From positions 5,269,785 to 5,327,053 of the forward strand of contig BFEA01000023.1 in assembly GCA_003427395.1 (NCBI GenBank): 57,269 nt of DNA. Reading direction: 5' to 3'. The DNA is from Chara braunii. Lineage: Eukaryota; Plantae; Charophyceae. The notes beneath the pieces are model-generated. The model ran no database searches. It worked only from the letters and a program-made list of their open reading frames with translations, and was not told the origin of the DNA. A program made the translations under genes and the position numbers. Position 1 is the stretch's first letter. Each line of letters opens with the position of its first letter. Of this stretch, positions 11,031-23,160 are shown one piece after another.

Positions 11031-12077
11031 ATTAATGACAATCGTAATATAACTCTTCTCGGGATATGACCTGTTTTGTGACGGGTCACTCGAACCCCGT
11101 TCTCTCAGGAAGAAATAAACTCCAAAATTACAAATAAATTCGTAATAATGATAAATAATCACAATAAATAACTCTGAATTACCAGGGGCAGGTGAACTCA
11201 ACGATAATACCTTAAGCACCCATTTCCCTTCTCGATACGAAATAAGAGTTTAATACTAATTTCTTAAAGCCTAAAAAAGTGTTGACGACCACGATGTACT
11301 CTTATCGAGTAGCACTGAGTACACAAATTAAAAAACAAAACCAAAAAAAAAAAAACAGGGACCACTGAAAGTCTAAAAAAGTGTTGACGACAACGATGAA
11401 GGGAAGGCAAGAAAGAACGAGAACGTGAACGTGGTTCGCGAGCAAGATGATGATGACATGCTGTTTTACTACATGAAGACATATATTCAGGCGCATAGGC
11501 CATTTGAAATGCACTTTACTCTGAAAACCAGTCAGATGCAGGCAATGCAGCTATTCTAACGGCATCTACTATACCCTAATTAATACACGGTCCGATGCGG
11601 GCCCTGCAGCTACTCTTAACTGCAAGTTTCCGTTCTTTCAATTTTTCTATTCTTTTTTTTTTTAATTCTTTTTTTTTCATTTTTTTTTTCGTTTCTTTTT
11701 TTTTTTTCATTCTCTCCTTCTTTTATTTTTTCCATTCTTTTTTTTTTTCAAAGCACCTTTGCAACAGGGACGTGTTCGGTCAAAGCTCGGAGTTGAAAGA
11801 CCGCGTTCCGACTTCTGAAGACACAAAAGCTCTTCCAATTAATGCTTTCTTCAATTTGTCGTGTTCCTAAGCAAGTCTGTTGGCCATTGCTTCTTCTTTC
11901 ACCTGTGGCTATGTAGAGTCCTGGCCCAACTTCAACAACAACAATAACAACGGGTACTAGCAATTTAGTTAATAATACTTAATATTTGGGTATTTTTCAA
12001 AGCCTGTGTCATACGAGGTCAATTGATTGATTGGAGCAGCTGCCCTCCTTCGGAAACGTAGACAAACCAATTGATTT

Positions 12078-12620
12078 TGTACAAAGCGCGTGTACCCAGC
12101 GCGTGTGCCAAGCGCGTTTGTACCAAGCACGTGCACCAAGCTGCTAAGTGTCAAGCCCTTGTACCAAGTACCAAGCGCGTATAGGAAGGTACCACGTGTA
12201 CCAAGCACGCGTACCAAGCATGGGCACCAGCACGTGTACCAAGCGCGTGTGTACCAAGCGCGTGTATACCAATCGCGTGTACCAAGCACCTGTGTACTAA
12301 GCGAGTGTGTACCAAGCGAGCGTGTACCAAGCACGTGTGTACCNGAGTGTACCATGCACGTGTACCAAGCGCGTGTATACCAATCGCGTGTACCAAGCAC
12401 CTGTGTGTGTACCAAGCGAGCGTGTACCAAGCACGTGTGCACCAAGCACCAAGCACCTGTGTGTGTACCAAGCGAGCGTGTACCAAGCACGTGTGTACCA
12501 AGCACGTGTGTACCGAGCACGTGTCTACCAAGCACGAGTGTACCATGCACGCGTACGATGGATGGGAAATCACTTGACTGATTGCAGACACGTGGACCAA
12601 GCACGTGTGTCCAAGCACAC
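12078..12620. repeat. GTGTACCAAGC(A/G)C minisatellite (units of about 14-18 bp)
   Basis: Many tandem variants of GTGTACCAAGCAC. Confidence 0.9.
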
Positions 12621-12735
12621 ACAACTGATTTGAACAGCTCCCTTTCCTTTTTTTTTTTTTTACTTTTCATTGCGGAATAGCTGCGACTAAAAGGGGGGTG
12701 CCCATCTTTTTCACATCCAACTCGTTTTTACACAG

Positions 12736-12882
12736 GGTCTCGCTCCATTGCACAACATTCTAAATGCCTCTGGAGCTGTTATTGGGTTCCAATACATTCT
12801 ACGACATGCGATCAGCCCGAATGAATCTGATACGAATCGCCGGCCAGATACACAGTCGTGTGTTGACTAGTGGAGCCAGGCC
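12736..12882. mobile_element. MITE with CAG TSD
   Basis: GGTCTCGCTCCATTG...TAGTGGAGCCAGGCC flanked by CAG/CAG. Confidence 0.6.
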
Positions 12883-13073
12883 CAGCAGTCAATGAAATGA
12901 CGTAAAATGAAACTCCGTAGTTCATTTTTCCCCTTCTCTAAGCCTTTCTTTCTCTTTTTCTCTTTTTCTCTTTTTTTTTTTTTTTTTTTTTCCCCTTTCT
13001 CTTACACATTCAGCGGAGCTCCTTTGACAATTTTTTTCCTTTCGATTCTTATTTTTCTTCTTTATAAGCAACA

Positions 13074-13215
13074 AGAGGGCAAGGCCGACTGCCCCCTCTA
13101 TTCTCAGATGGTTTGGAAAGTAGATGGATCCGCAAGGCGATCTTGGTAGAAGCCCCTTGAGGAGTAGTGCCGGGAGCGCAGCCAGGCCGAAACGCCTCCG
13201 AGAATTTGCGCGTTT
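13074..13215 (+). mobile_element. Diverged solo copy of the PLE terminal repeat with a decayed hammerhead
   Basis: Shares AGAGGGCAAGGCC, GAAGCCCCTTGA, GCGCAGCCAGG, CGAAACGC and GAAT.TGCGCGT, in order, with the reverse complement of 29000-29130. The cleavage GTC and stem I GGGG are mutated. Confidence 0.75.
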
Positions 13216-13899
13216 CTACTATAAAAAAAAAAAAAATTAAAAGAAAAGAAAAGAAAAGAAAAGAAACAACAGTGCCGGTGAGAAAGATAGCAAATTCGAT
13301 TCTTGCGTGTAAGAGAAGCAGTCTATGGCCACTGTTCTCTTTTTGGTCACTATTTAGGATTTACCGAAGCTACCAGCCGGGCCGCCCGGGTCCCGGGTGA
13401 TCCCAAAAAAAAAACTATGTTATGCAGAAAAATAAAGTGAACAGCCTCAAGGTCACATCTACATTCTTCACCAAATTTAGAATAAAAAATAAAATGTAAA
13501 AATAATGTTCTTATTTTTATTATTTTTAATTTTTTTGGCCCGGCCGGGAAAGTGACCCCGGGCCACTCTGGTAGCCTAGGTATTTACTGATTCGCATGGA
13601 ATTACCACCACCAGGAAATCAAAGTTTTGGGGGAAATCATCCAACTTTGTAATGGGGGTGTTCCAGCGCTTCTTCTTTCTCCATCGCTTGTTCTTTTTTT
13701 TTCTTTTTTTTTTAGCTTGTTCTTTCGCCATAGCTTGTTCTTTCTCTTTGTTCTCTACAGCTAGTTTTTTTTTTTTTTTTTTTTTTACTGTGCGAAACCC
13801 CGAACGCAAAAAAAAAAAAAAGAGTGTAAAGCACGAGGTTCACAAAACTCTGTGGTCTACGTAATCTTCTGAAATACAGTATATAATAGCACAGCGTCA

Positions 13900-15230
13900 A
13901 TGAAGGGCAATGTCGTGCAGTGCAGTGAAGCGCGATGCATCCTAGTGTAGTGTATAGCGTCGGGCAGTGCATTCTAGTGGTGCAGTGAAGTGCAGTATAG
14001 TCTAGACTAGCCTAATCTAGTGTAGTGTAGTACATCGTAGTGGTGTCGTCTGCTGCACTGCAGCGTAGTATAGTGTAGTGCATTCTAGTGTAGTGTAGTG
14101 CGATGTCGTCTAGTGTGGTGGTGTTAAGCAGTGTAGCGTAGTCGGGCGTGGTAGTGTAGTCTAGTCTGCTGTAGTGTGTTGTAGTCTGCACGATCTAATC
14201 CAGTCTAGTGTATTTTAGTGTTGTCTAATGTAGTCTAGTGTAGTCTCTTGGTCTTGCGTAGTCTAGTGTGGTGGTGTTGTGTAGGGTAGCATAGTTTAGT
14301 GTGGTAATGTAGGGTAGCATAGTTTAGTGTGGTAATGTAGGGTAGCGTAGTTTAGTGTGGTAATGTAGCGTACCGCACTCTGGTGTGCTAGTGTAGTCTA
14401 GTGTATTCTGCCCAGTCTAGTGTAGTCTAGTGTATTCTGCACAGTCTAGTGTAATCTAGTGTAGTCTGCACAGTCTAGTGTAGTCTAATGTAGTCTGCAC
14501 AGTCTCGTATAGTCTAGTGCAGTCTAATGTAGTCTGCACAGTCTCGTATAGTCTAGTGCAGTCTATTGTAGTCTGCACAGTCTAGTATAGTCTAGAATAG
14601 TCTAGTGTGTTCTAGTGTAGTCTGCACACTCTAGTGTAGACTAGTGTAGTTTAGTGTTGTCTAGTTTAGTCTAGTGTAGTATAGTATAGGCTCGTCTAAG
14701 GGGCTCGCTGCATTACTCTCGACATGCACAAAAGTCAAAAATCATGGCCGTGCATCTTTCCATATTCTAGCGGAAGATTCACTCTCGTTTTGCACATTTC
14801 GACAGTAGTGCAGCGAGGCCCTAAGTGTAGTGGGAACCGCTGTCCGGTCAGCTCACCCTGCCAAAATGGTAGAAGGTTGATGGTACTCAGTGAAAGAAAC
14901 TTAGGACTGGGGGAGTAGGGATAGGACTGGGGGAGTGGGGATGGGCTGGGGGAGAATGGTGCCGAGGGAGAATTGAAAAGAGGAGGGTGGGTGGGTGGGG
15001 TCTCGTAAGGGGTAAGACAAAAAAAAAAAAAAAAAGAAGAAGAAGAGGATCACACTGTGGATTGCACGACACTAGTGTAGTTGTAGTCTAGTGCAATGCA
15101 GTCTAGTACGGTGCAGTGCAGCGAGGTCAAGTGTAGTCTAGTGTAGTCTAGTGTAATCTGATGTACTCTAGTGTAGTCTAGTGTAATCTAGTGTAGTCTA
15201 GTGTAATATAGTGTTGTACAGTCCAGTGCA
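13900..15230. repeat. (TAGTG/TAGTC)n degenerate satellite interrupted by a ~380-bp insert
   Basis: Long run of TAGTCTAGTG-type pentamers at about 13900-14690 and 15072-15230. Confidence 0.9.
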
Positions 15231-15451
15231 GTGGCTCCTTTAAGTTATATCACGCCCGGTCGGTGTCAGATTAGACCCAATATTGAATTTACCTAGGCTG
15301 GTTAGTCCGATGATAATACCTCAAGGCCATCGCCCTTTAAAAATAATAATAATAATAATTATTATAATAATAATAATAATAATAATAAATCATGCCGCCG
15401 TAGTGACAGCTCCGTGGGTGTAACTGAGGCCAGGCTAGTCCCGACAAGTGC

Positions 15452-15695
15452 AATGGGAGACCCCGTGCACGGATGCCGCCCGGACAGGTAAGAGCATACT
15501 CACACAAGCAGAATCAATCGTAAATGGATCTGACCATAATTACGGGCCCGTCTTGGATGTATCTGACCACACAAGCACAATCGTAAATGGATCTGACCAT
15601 AATGGGAGACCGTGAACGGATGCCCGCCCGGACAGGTAAGAGAATACTCACACAAGCGGAATCAATCGTAAATGGATCTGACCACAATTACGTCC
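15452..15695. repeat. Tandem ~150-bp duplication (MITE-like remnant)
   Basis: AATGGGAGACC...CGGACAGGTAAGAG.ATACTCACACAAGC...ATGGATCTGACCA.AATTACG occurs twice. Confidence 0.75.
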
Positions 15696-16228
15696 AGAAA
15701 CGTAGTAAAAAAGTCCTTGTGTGAGTGTGCCCTAAGTCTTAGATACATGTCTCTCTTGGTACATACAGCGACCTTCGGTAGGTACTAAACTTCTACTCCA
15801 GTGAAAAGTAGTGAGATCTCTAGAAATGTAGCATAACTTAGGACGTGCTCACACTAGCACTTTTTCTACTGTGCAATAGTCGAAATTGCAGTCAGGTTCA
15901 TACACCCCTGGCCGTAATCACGGTCAGGTACGTTTAGGAGAGTCCTAGCATGAGTATGACCTTACGAGTAGCGCAGCATAATGTAAGTACGCTAGCTACA
16001 TTCTCTTTTCCGTCCGATCAGCAGATACATTTTACCGCCTGCACTCGAATAGAACTCCCAGTCACTACAGCTGTATTCGGGCCAGTTTTCAATCTAGATA
16101 CAGCGATAATGACAGGGCATTCTATTCGGCCGTCAGGCGGTAGTTTTCAAACTCCTTTTGAGACTCCCCCGTACTTTCCCCTTCAGAAATCTTTTTTTTT
16201 TTTTTTTTTCCCTTCAGAAATCTGAAAG

Positions 16229-16346
16229 TGAGTTCGAGCACAGATCTGTATTTTACTCATCTTTTGTTTCTAGTGGAGTTCGAGCTCAGATCTGTATTTT
16301 ACTCATCTTTTGTTTCTAGTGGAGTTCGAGCTCAGATCTGTATTTC
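16229..16346. repeat. 46-bp tandem repeat (about 2.5 copies)
   Basis: GAGTTCGAGC(A/T)CAGATCTGTATTTTACTCATCTTTTGTTTCTAGTG repeated. Confidence 0.85.
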
Positions 16347-16930
16347 ACCAGTTCAAGGGTGTACCCACTGAGAGTTATACCAGTTGGTAGGGTGTACCCC
16401 CACTGAGCTATGCCAGTTAGTATTTTTCGCCCCTTTCAGCGAAGCTGCGGGGGTGATGCTCCCAGTAATAGTAAATTGACTAGGTACATTGTAAGGACCC
16501 TGGCCTCTAGATTTACTAGTACCTTTATAAGTTTTATTGGAATTAAAGCTGATTTCATATTCTTGAAAAAGAAAAACAGAGACAATAATCTCGTGCACTC
16601 TACCCCCTTCTGCAAACTGAAGTGCATTTCACAGTCGTGCTGGTTTGTAGGCTGCCGTCTTTTTCTCTCACTCTGATATACCCTGATCATTCACAAAAAT
16701 GACTAACAGACATCACGATGAAGTGTGGGGGTGAATTGGGAGGAAGAAGCTACCGTCTTCACCGGAATGCAACGCACCGTTACTTTATAGCTGTATTTGG
16801 GACATCTTTGAGTCTAGATACAGCAAGAATGACCGTACGTTGTGTTCGGGTGAAGAAGCTAGAGAAGTGCTACGCTTACGTACGGGAGTTTTCGTGGAGT
16901 GGTCGAGAGTGCAATCGTACGTTGTCGGCA

Positions 16931-17090
16931 GGGACATCCATCAACATTGGAACGATACAGAGAAGGGTAGATTAGCAAATGGCCCCTGCGCAAGGATGAC
17001 ACGCATAAATCGAGAAATGTTCCAAAATTTTTCACCCAAAAAAAAGAAAAAGTAAAAAAAAGTATAAAAAAAAAAAGTTGCGAAGAGTGA
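16931..17090 (+). pseudogene. U6: U6 snRNA retrocopy with A-rich tail
   Basis: GGGACATCC..ATTGGAACGATACAGAGAAG(GGTAG)ATTAGCAAATGGCCCCTGCGCAAGGATGACACGCATAAATCGAGAAATG followed by A-tracts. Confidence 0.88.
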
Positions 17091-17230
17091 TCAAGAGTGA
17101 AAAAAAAAAAAAAAGGTTTCCAAAAAAAAAAAAAAAACGTATGTTCCCGGAAAGTTTCCAATTGTTTTTAAGGAGAATTCATTAAAACAGGCACGCTGGA
17201 GAGAATGGCCCCTGCGAAGTTAAGGGCATA

Positions 17231-17358
17231 GGGTCTGGCTCCACTACTCACCAAATGTGCAAATTGAGAATGAACCTTCCGCTAGACCATGGAAAGATAC
17301 ATCGTCTTTATTTTCATATTTATATTTTCTGCATGTAGTGAGTAGTGGGGCCAGGTCC
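17231..17358. mobile_element. MITE related to the 12736 family
   Basis: GGGTCTGGCTCCACTACTCAC...GTGAGTAGTGGGGCCAGGTCC inverted termini. Confidence 0.6.
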
Positions 17359-17396
17359 ATACTCACTTCAGCACTTAAATCAAGTTAAATGTTATT

Positions 17397-17471
17397 ATAC
17401 CTTTCTCGGCCTTTTGGCTAAGATCAAGTGCAGTATCTGTTCTGATCAGTTTAAAAAAAAAAAAAAAAAAA
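17397..17471 (+). pseudogene. U2: 3'-truncated U2 snRNA retrocopy with poly(A) and TSD
   Basis: ATACCTTTCTCGGCCTTTTGGCTAAGATCAAGTGCAGTATCTGTTCTGATCAGTTT plus A19; GTTATT at 17391-17396 and 17472-17477. Confidence 0.92.
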
Positions 17472-19095
17472 GTTATTCTTTTACTCTACTCACAACCAGA
17501 CAGGGATGCATCTGACCGCAATGACGTTCAGAGCTCAGTCCAAAAAGTCTTAGTGTGAGTATGCCCCAAAGATGACCCGCACAAATCGACAAAGGGTTCG
17601 AAAAATTGAAAAAAAAAAAAGAAAAAGATACCTGATTCACCGGTGGGTTGTGGAGCAACACACGGATGGCAAAAAGAAAAAAATAAAAATAAAAATATCG
17701 GCATCATCGGAGAGTGTGACTCGAGCTCGGAAAGTCTCCGTTAAGCAACTTCAGGCCACATACAGACTTCACCTCGTCTAGTAGACAGTCACGGCTCTTC
17801 AAAAAAAAAAAAAAAAAAAAGGCCACATACAGACTTCAAGCTCACAAAACCTCTGTTATCCAACTTTCAGACCACATACAGACATAATGACCGGCATTGT
17901 CTTTCCAGGGGAAAGGACCGTAATCAAGACCAAAAAGAAGAAAAAAAACAAAACAAAACTTTTCACTCTGTTTTCCCCTTGAATCGTTCTTTTACACACG
18001 CAAATAAAAACCTCTCCCTCTCCCTCTCCCCCTCCCTCACTCTGCCTTTCATTCCATCGCGACCCTCTGTTATCTACCTAGGCATTGAAATGTTTCAAAA
18101 TTTTGAAAATTTGAGATGTTTATAGATCGGAGCATCCGGCAGAAGCATACCATCGGAGGGCGGAGGTGCTCTTACCACCCCCTCTGGTACTCTCCGAAGC
18201 CTGTTTTCAACAAAAAAAAAAACAAAAAAAAAANNNNNNNNNNNNNNNNNNNNNNNNNNNNNNNNNNNNNNNNNNNNNNNNNNNNNNNNNNNNNNNNNNN
18301 NNNNNNNNNNNNNNNNNNNNNNNNNNNNNNNNNNNNNNNNNNNNNNNNNNNNNNNNNNNNNNNNNNNNNNNNNNNNNNNNNNNNNNNNNNNNNNNNNNNN
18401 NNNNNNNNNNNNNNNNNNNNNNNNNNNNNNNNNNNNNNNNNNNNNNNNNNNNNNNNNNNNNNNNNNNNNNNNNNNNNNNNNNNNNNNNNNNNNNNNNNNN
18501 NNNNNNNNNNNNNNNNNNNNNNNNNNNNNNNNNNNNNNNNNNNNNNNNNNNNNNNNNNNNNNNNNNNNNNNNNNNNNNNNNNNNNNNNNNNNNNNNNNNN
18601 NNNNNNNNNNNNNNNNNNNNNNNNNNNNNNNNNNNNNNNNNNNNNNNNNNNNNNNNNNNNNNNNNNNNNNNNNNNNNNNNNNNNNNNNNNNNNNNNNNNN
18701 NNNNNNNNNNNNNNNNNNNNNNNNNNNNNNNNNNNNNNNNNNNNNNNNNNNNNNNNNNNNNNNNNNNNNNNNNNNNNNNNNNNNNNNNNNNNNNNNNNNN
18801 NNNNNNNNNNNNNNNNNNNNNNNNNNNNNNNNNNNNNNNNNNNNNNNNNNNNNNNNNNNNNNNNNNNNNNNNNNNNNNNNNNNNNNNNNNNNNNNNNNNN
18901 NNNNNNNNNNNNNNNNNNNNNNNNNNNNNNNNNNNNNNNNNNNNNNNNNNNNNNNNNNNNNNNNNNNNNNNNNNNNNNNNNNNNNNNNNNNNNNNNNNNN
19001 NNNNNNNNNNNNNNNNNNNNNNNNNNNNNNNNNNNNNNNNNNNNNNNNNNNNNNNNNNNNNNNNNNNNNNNNNNNNNNNNNNNNNNNNNNNNNNN

Positions 19096-19128
<33 letters not shown>

Positions 19129-19139
19129 GCACTTTCAAT

Positions 19140-19348
19140 CTGTCTTGATCGTGATCTTGATCGCGATCGTGATCGTGATCTTGATCGGGATCTTGATCGT
19201 GACCTTGATCGAGATCTTGAGCGGGATCTTGAGAGGGATCTTGAGAGGGATCTTGAGCGGGATCTTGAGCGGGATCTTGAGGGGGATCTTGAGGGGGATC
19301 TTGCTCTCCTTGAGTCAATCGATCGAGACGTTGATCGGGATCTCGCTA
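19140..19348 (-). repeat. 6/12-bp GATC-based repeat that reads as an RS-dipeptide tract on the minus strand
   Basis: Minus frame: LARSRSTSRSIDSRRARSPSRSPSRSRSRSRSRSLSRSLSRSRS...; bounded by an upstream stop and a gap. Confidence 0.6.
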
Positions 19349-20020
19349 GTTAAATGTTTTGTGTACCGCATAGAGTGTGTGAACTCAGTTAGACTTAGCT
19401 CGTCGGTCCCCACCACTTAGCCCTTCAAGGCTGATTCTTTTGGAGAAAGGGAAGAGATTTGTGAATGCACTGCATTCGGACAGGTATCATCGCTCACCGA
19501 TGGAGGGAGAAACACACTAATCAACATATGAGCTGCACCGCTCTCACGCGCACCCTTCTTCTTTCTTTCTCTACTTCTTTCATCCTCCCCTTCGTATGAC
19601 AGAATCAAGATCACTATTTTGAATTAAATTACCTATTATGCTTAGAACATAATCGCTCTGCTTCGTAATGCTTCAATTTCCCTCCGTTAAAAAGACAACT
19701 TACGTCCCACAACCACGTCATCTGACTCCTCCCCCTCCTTCTCCTTATTTGGCCCCTAGCACCCAATGACGTCTACATCTCGTCAGCAGCGACCATCCAA
19801 CCCAATTCAATCCCATCACAAGACATCTGATTGCCTGATTGATCGCTTGATTGATATCTTGATTGATTGATTGCTTGACTGATTCATTGGATCATTCATG
19901 CCAATCCACTCATCATCAATCGTCTGATCTCGATCTCCTTTCGCTTCCTTCAGATCGACATTCTGATCAACAATTATATATACATTTCTAACCAATATAT
20001 ATATATACTCTATATATAAA

Positions 20021-20063
<43 letters not shown>

Positions 20064-20354
20064 ATATTGTTTATGGACGCCAGCGCTAAATCGCGCAGCT
20101 CCAGTCCGCCCTCGTAAGGCATATAAAAGCAACCGGAGGTTAGTGGGAGTTACTAATTTGGGGGCCAAGAACCAAAAAAAAAAAGTGAAGTTCAGACAGA
20201 AGAGAGAGATAGAGAGACATGCAGTATTACTTACTTACTTAGAAAAAAGTACCCGCCACATTACTTAGAAAAAAAAAAGTACCCGTCGCAGCAAGGAGGA
20301 GAGAAGAGGAATTGAGAATCGAGAAGAGAAGAATTGCAATTTTGTCGTCCATGA

Positions 20355-20471
20355 TCCGATCTCAAGATTCGAACTCGCGCCCTCCCTCATGGGAGTTGCA
20401 CGCTCAACCAGACGGCTGACCTCCCTCCCTCCCTCATGGGAAGTTTTGCACGCTCAACCAAACGGCTAAGC
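20355..20471 (-). mobile_element. tRNA-derived SINE-like head (partly duplicated)
   Basis: On the minus strand, A-box-like TCAGCCGTCTGG/TAGCCGTTTGG and B-box GTTCGAATC (20366-20374) with tRNA-like spacing; no full cloverleaf. Confidence 0.55.
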
Positions 20472-20472
20472 T

Positions 20473-20575
20473 GAAGAAGAATTGAATTGAATTGAATTGA
20501 AGTAGCGAGGCCGATCGCTACGCGTCCATGTTCATAAGGTAGGCATACCAGCCCCTACACGGACTTCCAGCTCAC
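20473..20575 (-). mobile_element. Short 3'-terminal fragment of the PLE family with (AATTG)n end
   Basis: AATTGAA.TAGCGAGGCC.ATCGCTA.GCGTCCATGT...CACGGACT.C.AGCTC matches 28924-29002. Confidence 0.7.
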
Positions 20576-21063
20576 GAAGAAGAAGACGACGAAGAAGAAG
20601 AAGAGGAAAAGCAATTGCCAAATTGCTCTTCATACGCAATTGAAACTACTTGTCGAAGTCTCATACAAACGTTTCAATTGCACCGAACATGTCTCATGTC
20701 TTTTCTGCGCTGCGCTCTTACGAAAGCGAGATCATCATCGAAGAGAGGACGGATCGCTTTCTATATCAGAGAGCAAGTTGCTGTAGAACAGGCAGGAGGT
20801 GGGGATAGTGATGGAGAGTGAATGCGGAGGGAATCTCCTAACGAGAGCTTCTGTTGAGGACTACGTCGGATCTTCGATTTGAACCGTCGACGAGCTGTCT
20901 AGGAAGAATGTACGAAACACCTTTGGCGCCAAAAAGATGATGCGACTATGGCGGTCGATCGAGAAGCCATGGCGCTTTCTCCTCTCTCTCTCCTCCCTTC
21001 TCTTCTCTCCTCTCCTCCAACCGGAGAAGGAGAATTCTCCTCCTCCCTACTCTCCGTCACGGG

Positions 21064-21100
<37 letters not shown>

Positions 21101-21368
21101 TGCACGAGCCAACCCGTTCGTCTATCCCGACAAGATCAAGATAGGCAAGCTATAGCACGGTCTCATGCCAATTAGCCTGCTTGGTTGGGAGAAGACCAAT
21201 CAATCCCTTTCTGGACCGCTAAGGCGCAGTCCCGCCTTGCGCCTATCGGTAGCGACAGCGAGTCTCAGATCTCCATTCCCGCCTTCTCACATCCTCCCTC
21301 CACCCCCCAACCCTCCTCTCTACCTCCATGACCTCTTCATACTGCTCCTCCTTCCCGTACCCGACCCG

Positions 21369-21465
21369 GGGCTAGGTCCCACTTACACGAATTAAGCGTT
21401 AATGACCGTAGATAGCAAAGATCAACGGCCAGATTCTCGTAATCCGTGCGAGTGGGACCTTGCCC
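21369..21465. mobile_element. ~97-bp MITE, CCG TSD
   Basis: GGGCTAGGTCCCACTTAC...GTGGGACCTTGCCC flanked by CCG/CCG. Confidence 0.85.
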
Positions 21466-22004
21466 CCGGCCGCTTCAACGCCCACCTTCGGTCCCGTTCT
21501 TTCCGTCTCTGCTTCCCTCCTTCCCCCTGGCCCAACCCTTGGCACTCTCACAACTGAACTACTGCCAGCACATTGAGCCTCCGGTAATCTATAACCGTAA
21601 CCTGGCTCGCCTCTAGGACCAGATGCATTCTGATCCGCACGCGGCGGGATGCCGTGTGGACACCCAGCCGCCTGCTGCCAGGGAGGCAATCGTGATTGTT
21701 CCAGTACACTAGAAAACAACCAGCGGTACCTGTCACAGCCGTATATTTTCCGTGTTTTTTTCACAGCCGTAGATGCCCCACATCTACCGCCGAAAAGATT
21801 CACCAAAAACAAAGAAAGATGCGGTAGGCTGCAACTCTTTTGCTTTTTTCCAAAGGCTAATTTCTTGCCCATCTTTTTTTTGACTTTTATTTACAGGTAA
21901 GGTATATTCTTCTCTCATCTATTTCATCTTTCTTGGTCGTACTCATCTATCTCATCCTCTCACTACCTTCTATGTATAGCACGGGGGAACACCAACCAAC
22001 CCGG

Positions 22005-22093
22005 GGGCCAAGTCCCACGTAGGCTGATCCTTGATTTCTGGTTGTTGATCTTCCGGTCAAAACTCGATCATTCGGGTAATTGGGACTTGGCCC
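22005..22093. mobile_element. MITE of the ~97-bp family (89-bp copy), CGG TSD
   Basis: GGGCCAAGTCCCAC...TGGGACTTGGCCC flanked by CGG/CGG. Confidence 0.8.
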
Positions 22094-22132
22094 CGGATCT
22101 CTCCCCAGCCCACGGGTAGGTTGGCACCACAG

Positions 22133-22242
22133 TTTTTTTTTTTATTTATTTGGACCATTTCTCGATTTATGCCTGTCATCATTGCGCAGGGGCCATTTGC
22201 TAATCTTCATTCTCTGTATCGTTCCAAGATGTCCCGAAGGAC
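22133..22242 (-). pseudogene. U6: U6 snRNA processed retrocopy with poly(A) and 10-12 bp TSD
   Basis: Reverse complement GTCCTTCGGGACATC-TTGGAACGATACAGAGAATGAAGATTAGCAAATGGCCCCTGCGC...AAATGGTCCA plus A-tail; GGCACCACAG(TT) at 22123 and 22243. Confidence 0.92.
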
Positions 22243-22365
22243 GGCACCACAGTTGTGGTGTGAGAGCAAAAGAAGAATTGAATTGAAATTGAATTGAATA
22301 TGTGTCCATGTCACAATGATAAGCAAGGAGGCACCTTCACGGACTACTAGCTCGATGCGCACATT

Positions 22366-22410
22366 CCCCGACGCGTTTCGCCTGGCTGCGCACCAGGACT
22401 TATCAAGGGG
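22366..22410 (-). ncRNA. Minimal type-I hammerhead ribozyme (U3-A8 core variant)
   Basis: Minus strand CCCC-UUGAUAA-GUCCUGGUGCGCAGCCAGGC-GAAAC-GC-GUC-GGGG: stem I CCCC/GGGG, stem II CCUGG/CCAGG, palindromic stem III ACGCGU, GUC cleavage triplet. Confidence 0.8.
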
Positions 22411-23160
22411 CTTCCCACACTCCCGCATCCACCGAAGCTTACCGCCCAGAGCAAAGAGGGCCGTTCTGGCCTTGCCCTCTGCACANNNNNNNNNNNNNNN
22501 NNNNNNNNNNNNNNNNNNNNNNNNNNNNNNNNNNNNNNNNNNNNNNNNNNNNNNNNNNNNNNNNNNNNNNNNNNNNNNNNNNNNNNNNNNNNNNNNNNNN
22601 NNNNNNNNNNNNNNNNNNNNNNNNNNNNNNNNNNNNNNNNNNNNNNNNNNNNNNNNNNNNNNNNNNNNNNNNNNNNNNNNNNNNNNNNNNNNNNNNNNNN
22701 NNNNNNNNNNNNNNNNNNNNNNNNNNNNNNNNNNNNNNNNNNNNNNNNNNNNNNNNNNNNNNNNNNNNNNNNNNNNNNNNNNNNNNNNNNNNNNNNNNNN
22801 NNNNNNNNNNNNNNNNNNNNNNNNNNNNNNNNNNNNNNNNNNNNNNNNNNNNNNNNNNNNNNNNNNNNNNNNNNNNNNNNNNNNNNNNNNNNNNNNNNNN
22901 NNNNNNNNNNNNNNNNNNNNNNNNNNNNNNNNNNNNNNNNNNNNNNNNNNNNNNNNNNNNNNNNNNNNNNNNNNNNNNNNNNNNNNNNNNNNNNNNNNNN
23001 NNNNNNNNNNNNNNNNNNNNNNNNNNNNNNNNNNNNNNNNNNNNNNNNNNNNNNNNNNNNNNNNNNNNNNNNNNNNNNNNNNNNNNNNNNNNNNNNNNNN
23101 NNNNNNNNNNNNNNNNNNNNNNNNNNNNNNNNNNNNNNNNNNNNNNNNNNNNNNNNNNNN

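Noticed and set aside
12078-12620. CRISPR-like or coding repeat array
   Set aside because: No unique spacers and no cas genes; eukaryotic minisatellite open in several frames.
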